Source: an uncultured Acidimicrobiales bacterium
Lineage (GTDB): Bacteria; Actinomycetota; Acidimicrobiia; Acidimicrobiales; UBA10347
Direction of reading: 5' to 3'
Length of the DNA: 64,000 bases
NCBI GenBank assembly: GCA_943788915.1
Contig: CALSSD010000005.1
Span: forward strand, 124,001-188,000
The notes beneath the pieces were generated by a model that was given only the letters and a program-made list of their open reading frames with translations, was not told where the DNA came from and did no database searches. Positions 50,133-60,824 of the stretch are shown here, piece by piece (positions within the stretch are counted from its first letter, which is position 1; each line of letters starts with the position of its first letter). The translations under genes and the position numbers were made by a program.

Positions 50133-50240
50133 CTCTCTCATCGTTTCGGCCGCACGACGACTACGAGAAGGCCGACGGGTGTCGTTTCGCGCCTCGGCCG
50201 TCGACGTGTAAGTTGAGCTGCAAAATGAAAGGCTTCCTTC

Positions 50241-50819
50241 ATGGACCAACTAGAAACACTCCGGGTCGCGCTCGAGCAACTCCGTTCTGTGGTTGCTGGG
50301 CTCGATGAGTCACAGATGGAATCTCCTACCAACTGCGAGCCAATGGACAGCTCGGCAGATGGCGAGCCACGCAGTCAACTCTCAACTGCTTTGGGTTGGT
50401 TTCTTGAGCGGTGCCGAGATCGTGTCGGTTGAAGACACGATGTCGGCGAAACCCTACGAGGGCGATCTGCTGCCATTGACCGACGACGCAATCGCGCAAG
50501 CTCAGGCTGCCTGGGGCGCGGATGGAACACTATCCAAGGTCCACGCAACACCATTTGGTGAGCTGCCGGGCGCAAGCAGTAATCAATTTCCCGACCATCG
50601 ATGCAATGGGGACATGCGTGGGACCTTGCCAACGCGACCGGGACAACAATTGAGATTCCCGATGAAGCGATCGCGGGCTTTACCTCGGTGATCGAGAACG
50701 CATGTACAGACGGTTCACGTTCGATGGGGCTGTTCGGCGAACCGGCCGACGTGCCCGACGACGCAACCGCAACCGAGCGCCTGATGGCCGCAACGGGCCG
50801 CGCCATCCCCCGGGGATAG
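50241..50819 (+). CDS. TIGR03086/MDMPI (DinB-like) metal-binding protein; three frameshifts
   Basis: PTNCEP/WTARQMASH...TPFGELPG...HAWDLANATG reconstructed across +1 insertions near 50342, 50577 and 50608. Confidence 0.75.
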
Positions 50820-51028
50820 TCATCTCGGCAACGATCTGAGTGAGCTGTTGAGCCAGCTTCGTTGCACCAAACATCTGTCTCGCTACCCCGATGGACGTGT
50901 TCCATCGAGGTAGTGCGCATGCCACGACTCCATGACCTCGCCATCGGGTAAGCACGACGTGCCCGAAGTCCGGGGCAATGGCAGCGGCGAGGGGTCCGTT
51001 CTCACTCCGTGCATGCGATAGTGGAGCC

Positions 51029-51957
51029 GTGAAGCGCTCGTTACCGATCGACAAGACAGACATGGTCACGCTTCCGTTCTTTGTCGCAACGATGTTGGCC
51101 GAGGCCAAGGTGTTGCGCGAGCGGTCAGAACTACGAGAGCTGGGTGACCTCGACGATTGGACACCACAACAGCTGTCGGACACCTCACCCCCGCCTGATC
51201 CACTGATCCCGGTTGGATATGAGCCTCGGGATACGAAGGCAAGCCTGACCATGGTGGCGGGCAACATCGCCCTCAACCTGGCATGGGCAGGTGTTGTCGG
51301 CCGAGCAAGTCGCGCCATCTTCGGCAGGCGGGATCGCAAATGTCGGCCAGGCCAAGGGCGCATTTGTGGCCTCCATGGTGATGTGGGACTTCCTCTACTA
51401 CTGGAGCCACCGGTGGCAACACGAGAAGCGGCTCCTTCTGGGCGAATCATGTCGTGCCATCACTCCAGCGAGCACTACAACCTGTCCACCGCTCTGCGTC
51501 AACCATGGGCCGGCATCATGCTGTCGTGGGTGTATTGGCCAATGCCGCTGGTCGGCTTCACCCCTGCCCAGACCGCCAAGGCTTCACAACTCAACCTGCT
51601 CTATCAATACTGGATCCACACCGAAGCTATTGATCGCATGGCCCCGGCGGTCGAGGCGACACTCAATACCCCCTCGCATCACCGAGTGCACCATGGAGCG
51701 AATCCCCAATACCTCGACAAGAACTACGGCGGCATCCTCATTCTGTGGGGACCGGCTATTCGGCACGTTCGAGCCCGAGGTCCGGCCGCGTCAAATATGG
51801 CCTGACAAAGAACATCAAGACCTTCGCTCCACTCACTATTGGTTACGGCGAGTTCGCCACCATGGCTGGCGACATCACCCGAGCAAAGGGCTGGCGAAAC
51901 AAGCTCGGTCATCTGTGGAAGCGCCCAGGCTGGACGCCTGCCCCCACCCACGCCTGA
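51029..51957 (+). CDS. Sterol desaturase / alkylglycerol monooxygenase family protein; about five frameshifts
   Basis: His boxes YYWSHRWQH, HHSSEHYNLSTALRQ, YWIHTE, TPSHHRVHHG, and DKNYGGILI. Confidence 0.8.
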
Positions 51958-51979
51958 AATTTGCGCGCCCGAATTGGAG

Positions 51980-53205
51980 CTAGCGGGCACAACCGTAGAA
52001 CCAGTCGCGCTCCCCCGCTGGTGGTTCGAGTTTTACGAGATCAGCGATAGGTGTTCCCGCGGGATCCTCGAGGTCAGGCTGATCCCACCATGCTCGGGTC
52101 AGCATGCTGCATTGGTCAGCCGTGAGCCCAAGCACCATCGGCCCGTGAACGCCGACATCGCCGATCGCCGATTCCACTCGTTGGTAGGCAATCGAGCGCT
52201 CCGGTGCGGTGCGCAGTAGGTGTCGGTCTTCGAGATGACTTGAGCGGCCGACGTCGCAATTCCAGTCCAGGAAGCCCTAGATCGCTCGCAACAAACCGGC
52301 CACGCTCACGAGCGAAGCTGATATCGGGAAATGGGAATCGAGCTTCGTACAGGCCACGCACGAGCGGCGCTTCGCCCGAAACCACGATCTGATCGCCCTC
52401 GGCCCTGATACTCGTTAAGCCGCAGCTGATATGCAGCGCCAGCGGTGTCTGGCCGGGGCGGACAGGCGGTGCGATCACGTACACGATGCCGACGCGGAGC
52501 GGGACGCCGTGGACACACGAACCAACCAGCACCTCTCCCCCAGCAACCGTAAGCCGGTCAGGAGCGCAACTCGCACACCGCAACCCGTCCGAGGCGGCCT
52601 CGAGATCGGCGTCATCGTCGACCTCCTGGTCGGACGGTAGCGGCGCGGCAGAATTGGCGGTGCCAAGTCCTTCGGTCTCGAGAATGACACCCCGGCGGAA
52701 CGAGCCACCCGGAACCCATGGTTTTGTCAACTCTTCGTACAACACCACCTGGTCACCAAACCGGCGCGAGGTTGCGATGTGGATCAGGGCGAGGGTCGAC
52801 AAGATTTGTGTACCCGGCACGGATTCACGGCACCAGATAACTGCTCGTGACCGGTTGCCGAGCTCCAGCTCGGCAACCACAGAACCTTCGCCCAACAGAT
52901 CAACGAGCTTGGGTGGCGGGTCGGGTTCTGGCGTGGTGGTGGCGATCGGCACTGCCGTTGCTGGAACACTGGCCGCCGGCCGGCTCGACCGGTACGGCCC
53001 GAGGTGCCGGATCGGCTGAGCGACCCAACGCATATACCCCCACGAGCGAGCAATGGCGACGACAACAGCCACCAATGGCGACGACAACAGCCACCAATGC
53101 CCGCCAGTTCGGGGCTCCCCCAGCGGACGGCAGCGTGGGCGGCCCAACGTGCGAGCGATCCATGCCCACATCCTGGACCGGTAACTCGTAAGCGCCCTCG
53201 TCCAT
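51980..53205 (-). CDS. Hypothetical membrane-anchored protein, frameshifted
   Basis: Hydrophobic ALVAVVVAI segment, Pro/Thr linker and a globular part spread over several frames. Confidence 0.4.
53051..53099. repeat. 22-bp exact tandem duplication
   Basis: CAATGGCGACGACAACAGCCAC twice, plus CAATG. Confidence 0.85.
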
Positions 53206-53305
53206 ATTTCGACGTTAGCCCCAGCCAACCAGGCTGTCTGCTGTCGCTGTGAAGCTAATTTGGAGCGCCATGTACGCATATCGTGCACAAGGCTCCTCAT
53301 TTGCC

Positions 53306-55021
53306 TCAGTTGGCGAGACGACCGCGCAACAGCTGACCTGGTCGAGCACCGGTTGCTTCACCGTGATCCAGCAACACCTGACCATTCACCATGGTGGCCT
53401 TAAATCCGGACGCGGTCTGGCGGAGTCGGCGAGCGCCTCCCGGAAGGTCATAGACAAGTTCGGGCATGTCGGGCGTCACCGTCTCGAGATCGAAGACGTT
53501 GATATCGGCCGCCATGCCGGGAGCGATAACACCTCGGTCAAGGAAACCCCAGGCCGTTGCTGGCACCTGGGTCATACGATGCACCGCTTGCTCGATCGTG
53601 AACGCTTGTTCATTTCGCACCCAATGACCGAGCATGTGCGTTTGTAATGACGAGTCCATGATCTGGCTGACATGAGCGCCACTATCACTAAAGGTCGGGA
53701 TTGCCTGGGGATGTCGAAGGAACTCCAGCACCCGATCTTGATCATGATTCGCTGCTGCCTGCATGAAGAACATATTCAGCTCTGAATCGACCGCGATATC
53801 GATGAACGTCTCCATCGGCGACGTCCCCCGAGCAGCTGCGAGTTCAGCGATTGTCTCGTACGGCGGCAACCCGGCCGTAACCGGGAAGACATACTGCCAT
53901 TCAGGTTTACGGGCCTCGGTACCGATCGCCCGGCCATACTCGGCGGTGTCGGCAGAATGGATCAGTCGCTGTCGCATGGTCGGGTCAGCAAGTGCCCGAC
54001 GTTGTTCGTCGAGTGGCTGAGCCCGGAACTCTTTCCATACCGGAAGTGCGTCGAACGGCAACTGCGTCTGGAACGACAGGATCGCACCGAAGTGTCGTGA
54101 GTGCGCTTGCCCCCACGCAGTGCCACCCTCGGCAGTGATGCGGTCGAGCAGCTCAACGACCGGCTTCCACTTGTGCTCCTCGGTACCAAACGCCAACATG
54201 CCATACGTGAGCGGCACCCCGGTCGACACGGCAAGATCGATCAACCACCGGGCGTAGTCCTCTCGTTTTTCTGGATCACTCGACCGCATGTTTGGGTGTT
54301 GTGCCAACTCGAAGATGCCACCACGGCCGAGCTCAGCCATCGCTCCAACAAGCGCATTGATCTCGGAACGGCTCGCGAATCGACTGGCCACCGGCCGGTC
54401 GTCGGACGTCTCGTGATTTCCCGAGACCGATGTAGTGAAGCCGATCGCTCCTGCCCGCATCGACGCCTGAACCTGGGCAGCCATCTTCGTTATGTCATCG
54501 TCGTTCGCTGCTTCTTCAAACGCTCGCTCACCCATCGCCCAGGTGCGCAGCGCTGAATGGCCGACGTAACCGGCGTAGTTGATGCCCTTGGGCGTGGCAT
54601 CGACGAAATCGAGGTACTCGGGGAACGTCTCCCATGACCAATCGATGCCGGCTGCCATGGCATCGGCAGAGATATCTTCGGCCCGTTCGAGGTTACGAAC
54701 GACGAGCTCGCGTTCATCGGAGTTCACCGGGGCCAGGGTGAAGCCACAGTTGCCCATGACCGCTGTTGTTACGCCGTGAAAACACGAACACTCTCCCAAG
54801 GGATCCCATGCAATCTGGGCGTCCATATGGGTATGGACATCGACAAAACCAGGGCTAACGATGTGGCCGTCGGCGTCGATCGTTCGCTGGGCCTGGTGGC
54901 CGTTGAGATCACCGACTTCGGTGATCACGCCATCGTTTACGGCAACATCGGCGCGTCGAGCGCTCGCGCCGGTCCCATCGACCACCATGCCATTCGCAAT
55001 TACCAGATCATGCATACCCAA
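53306..55021 (-). CDS. N-acyl-D-amino-acid deacylase family amidohydrolase
   Basis: PGFVDVHTHMD, HGVTTAVMGNCG, SDSGAH, GMAADINVFD. Confidence 0.9.
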   Translation of the reverse strand: MGMHDLVIANGMVVDGTGASARRADVAVNDGVITEVGDLNGHQAQRTIDADGHIVSPGFVDVHTHMDAQIAWDPLGECSCFHGVTTAVMGNCGFTLAPVNSDERELVVRNLERAEDISADAMAAGIDWSWETFPEYLDFVDATPKGINYAGYVGHSALRTWAMGERAFEEAANDDDITKMAAQVQASMRAGAIGFTTSVSGNHETSDDRPVASRFASRSEINALVGAMAELGRGGIFELAQHPNMRSSDPEKREDYARWLIDLAVSTGVPLTYGMLAFGTEEHKWKPVVELLDRITAEGGTAWGQAHSRHFGAILSFQTQLPFDALPVWKEFRAQPLDEQRRALADPTMRQRLIHSADTAEYGRAIGTEARKPEWQYVFPVTAGLPPYETIAELAAARGTSPMETFIDIAVDSELNMFFMQAAANHDQDRVLEFLRHPQAIPTFSDSGAHVSQIMDSSLQTHMLGHWVRNEQAFTIEQAVHRMTQVPATAWGFLDRGVIAPGMAADINVFDLETVTPDMPELVYDLPGGARRLRQTASGFKATMVNGQVLLDHGEATGARPGQLLRGRLAN

Positions 55022-55152
55022 CCCCCATGTTCACCACCGAACCTAGTGCGGGGCCCGGAGTCGGCACCTATTGCGATCCGCCCCCACTCCCATTACTAAC
55101 TCGCCGTGTGCCGGTGGTGGCACGATGAAGCTGTGGGGAACCAGGGTCAAAG

Positions 55153-56712
55153 ATGACCGCAACGACCAAGCTCGATGAGCCGATTGGCCCGTCTGACGGA
55201 TTGTCGAAGAGTCAGATGCGATGGCTCATGGGCGGCCTGCTTATGGGCCTGTTCCTATCGTCGACCGAGCAGAGCGTGGTTTCCACAGCCTTGCCCACCA
55301 TCGCTGGTGACTTCGGAGCGGCCAACCGTATTGCCTGGGTGGTATCGGTTTATCTGCTCACGTCCACGGTCGCGACTCCGTTGTACGGCAAGATGTCCGA
55401 TCTGTTCGGACGCCGAATCGTCTATCAGACGTCGATCTCGCTGTTCTTGGTCGGCTCCATCTTCTGCGCGCTCTCCCAGAGCATGAACCAACTCGTTGCC
55501 GCTCGTGCATTCCAAGGGCTCGGTGGAGGAGGGCTGATGTCGCTTGCATTCGTGATCGTGGGCGACGTCGTGTCCCCTCGCCAGCGAGGCCGTTACATCG
55601 GTCTCTTCACTGCGGTATTCACCGTTTCTGCAATCACGGGACCGCTCTGGGGCGGCTTGCTTGTTGACGGTCCCGGCTGGCGCTGGGTGTTCTGGAGTGT
55701 CGTGCCATTGTCCGCGCTCACGCTCGTGGTGATCCACCGAGGTCTTCGCTTGCCGTTCGCAACACGCGAACGACACATCGATTGGGTGGGCATGGCGCTG
55801 CTAGTCGTCGGAGCGACGGCGCTCATTCTGGTGCCGATCTGGGGTGGTGACACTTACGCGTGGGGTTCCTGGCAGATCGCGACCGCGGGCGCAATCGCCA
55901 TAGCCGCAACCGCTGCGTTCATCACGCAGGAGAACCGGGCCGCTGAACCGATCATCCCTATGCGTCTGTTCCTGGACCGCACCGGAGCCGCCGTGTACGC
56001 CATGGGTTTCCTGCTCATGGGGTCGCTGATTGCCGTGCTCACTTTCTTGCCATTGTTCTTGCAGATAGCTACGGGCGCTTCGGCAACCCGCAGCGGACTC
56101 ATGCTGATCCCCGAGAGTGTTGGTATCAGCCTGGTTGCCACCGGCAGCGGCTGGTTGGTGTCACGGACCGGCCGTTACAAGTGGGCCATGCTGCTCGGGC
56201 CTCTCATGGCGACCGTGGCCTTGTTGTGGTTGACGACCATCGGCCCTGACACCGGAGCATTGTCGCTCGCGCCTGTCCTGTTCCTTCTCGGCGCCGGCCT
56301 CGGACTTATCTTCCCCAACCTGACATTGTCGGTACAGAACGCTGCAGCGTTTGCTGATCTCGGTATTGCGACGTCAACGTCCAACTTCTTCCGCAGCATG
56401 GGTGGCGCCTTCGGCGCAGCCGTCGGCGGCGCGATTCTGGCTGGCAGGCTCGACACCGAACTTGCTGACCGTCTCGGGGCGGAGCGGCTCGATGAAGTCG
56501 GTGGCGCCGAAGGCCTCATTCGCAGCCCGGCCGTGGTCAAGGACCTCGACGAGGCGCTGCGCCAGCCAATCGTCGAGGCCGTTAGTGAGTCAGTTGTAGC
56601 GATCATCTGGTGGGCCGCACCCGTTATGGCGCTGGTTGGGGTTCTCGCACTGCTCGTGCGCGAAGTCGCATTACGCACGTCCAGCGCCATCGGCGGCACC
56701 GACGACGCCTGA
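55153..56712 (+). CDS. MFS drug:H+ antiporter (DHA2-type)
   Basis: PLYGKMSDLFGRR, RAFQGLGGGG, SPRQRGRY. Confidence 0.92.
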   Translation: MTATTKLDEPIGPSDGLSKSQMRWLMGGLLMGLFLSSTEQSVVSTALPTIAGDFGAANRIAWVVSVYLLTSTVATPLYGKMSDLFGRRIVYQTSISLFLVGSIFCALSQSMNQLVAARAFQGLGGGGLMSLAFVIVGDVVSPRQRGRYIGLFTAVFTVSAITGPLWGGLLVDGPGWRWVFWSVVPLSALTLVVIHRGLRLPFATRERHIDWVGMALLVVGATALILVPIWGGDTYAWGSWQIATAGAIAIAATAAFITQENRAAEPIIPMRLFLDRTGAAVYAMGFLLMGSLIAVLTFLPLFLQIATGASATRSGLMLIPESVGISLVATGSGWLVSRTGRYKWAMLLGPLMATVALLWLTTIGPDTGALSLAPVLFLLGAGLGLIFPNLTLSVQNAAAFADLGIATSTSNFFRSMGGAFGAAVGGAILAGRLDTELADRLGAERLDEVGGAEGLIRSPAVVKDLDEALRQPIVEAVSESVVAIIWWAAPVMALVGVLALLVREVALRTSSAIGGTDDA

Positions 56713-56833
56713 CCAACCTGAATCTGCGACTTTGGTCAGCCGCTGCGTACCGAACTGGGCTCGCCAGGCTCACTAGATTTGCCGTTGTCGCCTTATCCCC
56801 CTACGGGGGCAGCTTGCGTGACAGGCTGGCGGG

Positions 56834-57821
56834 ATGAAGATCAGTTGCGCGTTCCCGCCGGTTCCTGAAACTCCCGACCACATTGTGCTGGCCGAGGAGC
56901 TCGGATTCTGAGACCGCATGGGTCTACGACACCCCGGCGCTGCAGCTCGACTGCTGGATGACGCTCGCGCTCGCCGCAGTCCGTACCGAACGCATCCGTT
57001 TGGGACCTGGCGTGCTCATCCCGTCACTGCGTCACCCGATGGCCACCGCTGCGGCCATCGCCACACTTGTTGGCTTGGTCGGCCAGGACCGAGTGATCAT
57101 CGGTGCTGGCACTGGTTTCACTGGCCGCCGGGCCATGGGACAGAAGCCGCTGAGCTGGAAACACTTCCCCGGCATGGTCGACGACATCCGGGCGCTCCTG
57201 CGGGGCGAGACCGTCGAGGTCGACGGTCAACCCGCCCGCATGTTGCACTGGCCGGGCCAAGCCGTAGAGCGCCCGATCGATGTCCCTTGGATCATGGGCG
57301 TGAACGGCCCCCGAGGATTGCAGGCTGCCGCCGATGCTGGCTGCGGCGTGTTCACGTCTCGGCCGCGGCCCGATGCTGACTACAGCCAGATCGACGACGT
57401 GATGTTGCTCGGTTTCGGCACGATCATGGACGATGCCGAAACCGTAAACAGCCCCCGGGTGATCGCCACTGCTGGCCCCGGCGTCGCGGTCGCCTATCAC
57501 GCCTTCCTCGAACAAGACGACCCCCGGCTCGACGGCTTTCCCAACGCCGAACGGTTCCTTGAGCTGGCGAACCAACTACCCGAGCATGGCCGCCATCTCG
57601 ATCTCCACGCCGGCCACCTGACCGAACTGAACGACATCGACAAACAAGTCATCACTGGCGACGCTATGGCCATCACGCCGCTCACCTGCCACGGCCCCGA
57701 GCTTCCCGGCCGGCTCGACCGGCTTGCCGATCAGGGCGTAACCGAAGTCGCGTTCCAACCCATGGGCGACATCGAACGAGAACTCAAAACCTTCGCTGCC
57801 GCCGCAGGGCTCGCCCGATAG
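56834..57821 (+). CDS. LLM-class flavin/F420-dependent oxidoreductase; frameshift near 56909
   Basis: MKISCAFPP...LAEELGF continues, after removing one base, as ETAWVYDTPAL...TERIRLGPGV. Confidence 0.85.
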
Positions 57822-57846
57822 TCCACGAACCTACCGAGGATCACAC

Positions 57847-58663
57847 ATGGCCGACGAGTCAACCACCTATCAGGTGTACGCCGTTAAGTACGCCGAACGC
57901 GACGCTTCACGAGGTGAACACTTCATCGGCGGCGACCCGCACGACACGCCCATGCCGATGGACTACTTCGTGTGGGCCGTCGTTGGGCCAGACAAGACAT
58001 GGGTCGTCGACACTGGATTCGGAGAACTCGATGCCACGGCTCGCAACCGACGACTCGTGCGCACCGTGACCGAAGCACTGGCAACCATTGACGTAGACGC
58101 TGCAACCGTTGCCGACGTGATCATCACCCACCTGCACTACGACCATGTTGGCGGCCACCACGAATTCCCCCAGGCCCGTTTCCATTTACAGGATCGCGAA
58201 ATGGCATTTGCCACCGGCCGCCATATGACCCACCGCGCCCTCAACCACGCATTCACCCCGTCACACGTCGCTGACATGGTTATGTTCGTGCACAACGACC
58301 GGGTGGCTTTCCATGACGGCGACGACGAGCTGGCACCAGGTCTGACGGTGCATCGTGTTGGCGGCCACACCGCCGGTCTGCAAGTGGTCCGGGTCCGGAC
58401 CGACATCGGCTGGCTGGTCCTGGCCTCTGATGCCACCCACTACTACGAGAACTTCGAGGCCGAACGGCCGTTCCCCATCGTGTTCGACATCGGCGCCATG
58501 CTCGAGGCCTTCGGCACGCTGCAACGACTAGCAGATCGACCCGAACTGGTGGTCCCAGGCCACGATCCTCTCGTCCTCGAGCGGTTTTGAAGTGGCTAAT
58601 GCTGGCCTAGACGGCATCGCTGTCCGACTCGACCGACCACTGCCCCCACCAACCAACTCCTGA
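57847..58663 (+). CDS. N-acyl homoserine lactonase-like MBL hydrolase; C-terminal frameshift at 58585-58588
   Basis: THLHYDH, GGHTAG, ASDATH, PGHDP. Removing one T gives RFEVANAGLDGIAVRLD..., ending in a TGATG overlap with the next gene. Confidence 0.85.
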
Positions 58664-60339
58664 TGAAAGGTGTCTCCATGGACATTGATGTCGAAAGCTT
58701 TCGCAACCGCCGTAACGATCAGCGCTGGAACCGGGTCTCGGTTGGCGACGTCATCGAGCGCATCACCTGGAGTACACCAGACAAAGAGTGTTTGATAGCG
58801 ACTCCCGAAGCCACCGTGAACCCAGCACATGCCCGGGTCACTTATGCCCAAGCCAACGGTCTCATCAACCGCGTGGCCAACGGGCTTTTGGCTAGAGGGC
58901 TTCCCCCGGCAGCCCGCGTCGCGATGCTGGTTGAGAATTCGGTCGAGGCATGGCTCTCCAAGGTCGCAATCGCCAAAGCGGGCCTGGTGGCAGCGCCGGT
59001 CAATATCATGATGGCGCCCGACGTGATCATCGACTGCCTAGAGCGTGTCGGCGCTGAGTTCGTGATCGCCGACGCGGCGCAATGGGAAACTCATGGCGAT
59101 GACTTGATCGCGACCGGGCTGACGCCGATCATGATGATTGGTGGCCCCGACGGCGGTGACGTGGCTTCCTTCGATGACTTCATCGCTGATGAGAGCACCG
59201 ATGAACCAGACGTCACCATCCACGGCGACGATATTTGGGAAGTGCTGTTCACATCTGGCACAACTGCCAAGCCCAAAGCGGTGATGATCTCGCACACCTA
59301 CACCTACATGTGTGCCATGAGCCAGATCATGTCGATGACCCGAGGGTTGGAGCACGAACAAGATCTCAGGCATGCAACCTTCACCCCGATGACCTTCCAC
59401 ATCGGCGACCATCTCATGGTGTTTGGCCCCCTGATGGCGGGTGGCACCGTGATCATGGGAAGCAAACCCGACGGCAAAGAGATGGCCCAGGCGTGCACAG
59501 ACGAGGACGTGACCTGCCTGTTTGGTGGATCACCGCAGTTCATCGAAGGCCTCATTCGCGAGTGCCACGAGAACCCTGACAGCTATGACCTGTCTGCCAT
59601 GACATCAATGTTCTACGCCTGGGCGCCACTTGACCCACAATCATTCGAGGCGTTCGAAGCGCTGACCCGCCCTGACCTTGTCTGCTGGGAACTCATCGGC
59701 CAGACCGAATGTTTGGCGCCTCATCGCTTCTTCCTGAATCGGCACCGAGAGTTGTTCGAAGCAACCGCGCCAGCGCAAAACTATGTCGGCGTGCCAGCGC
59801 CCCTGCTGGGGTCAACCGTCATGGACGCTGACGGCAATGACTTGCGCGGCCAGCCCGGTGTCCACGGAGAAGCGGTGTATCGATCGCCCGCCATGTTCTC
59901 CGGTTATTACGGCGATCCCGAAGCAACCAAAGAGGCCTTCAAGGGCGGCTGGATGCACTCCGGCGACACCTTCACCTATGACGAAGACAGCCACCGGATC
60001 ATGGTGGATCGCTACAAGGACATGGTGAAGTCCGGCGGCGAAAACGTTTCCTCGATCCGCGTTGAATCAGTGCTGCAACAGCATCCATCCATCGCCCGTG
60101 CTGCCGTCGTTGGGGTTGCTGACGACACCTGGGGCGAAATGGTAACGGCTTGTGTGATCCTTGCGCCGGACGAGGAGTTTGACGAATCGGCAGTGATCGC
60201 GTTCTGCCGCGACCGACTAGCAGGCTTCGAAACGCCGAAGCGGGTCATCGCCATGGACAGCTTTCCCGAGACTGTCGGCGGCAAGATCCTGAAGTACAAG
60301 TTGCGCGCTGACCTTGCCGAAACCCCGAGAGTTCTCTAA
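58663..60339 (+). CDS. AMP-binding acyl-CoA synthetase
   Basis: FTSGTTAKPK, GQTE, HSGD, DRYKDMVKSGGEN, GGKILK. Confidence 0.92.
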   Translation: MKGVSMDIDVESFRNRRNDQRWNRVSVGDVIERITWSTPDKECLIATPEATVNPAHARVTYAQANGLINRVANGLLARGLPPAARVAMLVENSVEAWLSKVAIAKAGLVAAPVNIMMAPDVIIDCLERVGAEFVIADAAQWETHGDDLIATGLTPIMMIGGPDGGDVASFDDFIADESTDEPDVTIHGDDIWEVLFTSGTTAKPKAVMISHTYTYMCAMSQIMSMTRGLEHEQDLRHATFTPMTFHIGDHLMVFGPLMAGGTVIMGSKPDGKEMAQACTDEDVTCLFGGSPQFIEGLIRECHENPDSYDLSAMTSMFYAWAPLDPQSFEAFEALTRPDLVCWELIGQTECLAPHRFFLNRHRELFEATAPAQNYVGVPAPLLGSTVMDADGNDLRGQPGVHGEAVYRSPAMFSGYYGDPEATKEAFKGGWMHSGDTFTYDEDSHRIMVDRYKDMVKSGGENVSSIRVESVLQQHPSIARAAVVGVADDTWGEMVTACVILAPDEEFDESAVIAFCRDRLAGFETPKRVIAMDSFPETVGGKILKYKLRADLAETPRVL

Positions 60340-60749
60340 CCGCCCAAGATGGCGAAGGTGCCGGCCGAGGTTGCGAGGAGCCGTTCGTCGTCGCCCACAA
60401 CGCGTGCTTCGAGGTGCACGATGCTGCGGCCCCGTTTTACCACCGTTGCTGTCGCCGTCATGCCGCCCGACATGGCCGGTCGAATGAACCGCAGCGAGAC
60501 CTCGATGCTCGCGCAATACACGCCGGGTTCCTCGATCACGCTCATTGTTGACTTACCCATAGCGGTGTCGGCCAACGCGAACAGAACTGCACCGTGCACC
60601 ACACCGTTCGGGTTCAGATGTTCAGGTCCAATGTCGAGCGTGGCAATCCCGACGCCAGGTTCATCGCCAGTCATCTCCATCCCCAGATAGGACTTCAGCG
60701 GGAACTCCCCGTATTCCTCTGGTGAATCGTTGGCGTCGTTGTCGGTCAT
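60336..60749 (-). CDS. PaaI family thioesterase
   Basis: NPNGVVHGAVLFALAD. Confidence 0.88.
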   Translation of the reverse strand: MTDNDANDSPEEYGEFPLKSYLGMEMTGDEPGVGIATLDIGPEHLNPNGVVHGAVLFALADTAMGKSTMSVIEEPGVYCASIEVSLRFIRPAMSGGMTATATVVKRGRSIVHLEARVVGDDERLLATSAGTFAILGG

Positions 60750-60824
60750 AGGTGTGACCCTATTCGTCCTCCCAGCCAGCACCTCAGCTTGCATCTAGCG
60801 GTGCCTGGCATCGATGATTCTCTT

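Noticed and set aside
56909..56911. In-frame TGA early in the LLM oxidoreductase as a second Sec codon
   Set aside because: Readthrough gives DRMGL..., not the family sequence. The homologous frame is reached only by removing one base, so this is a frameshift.
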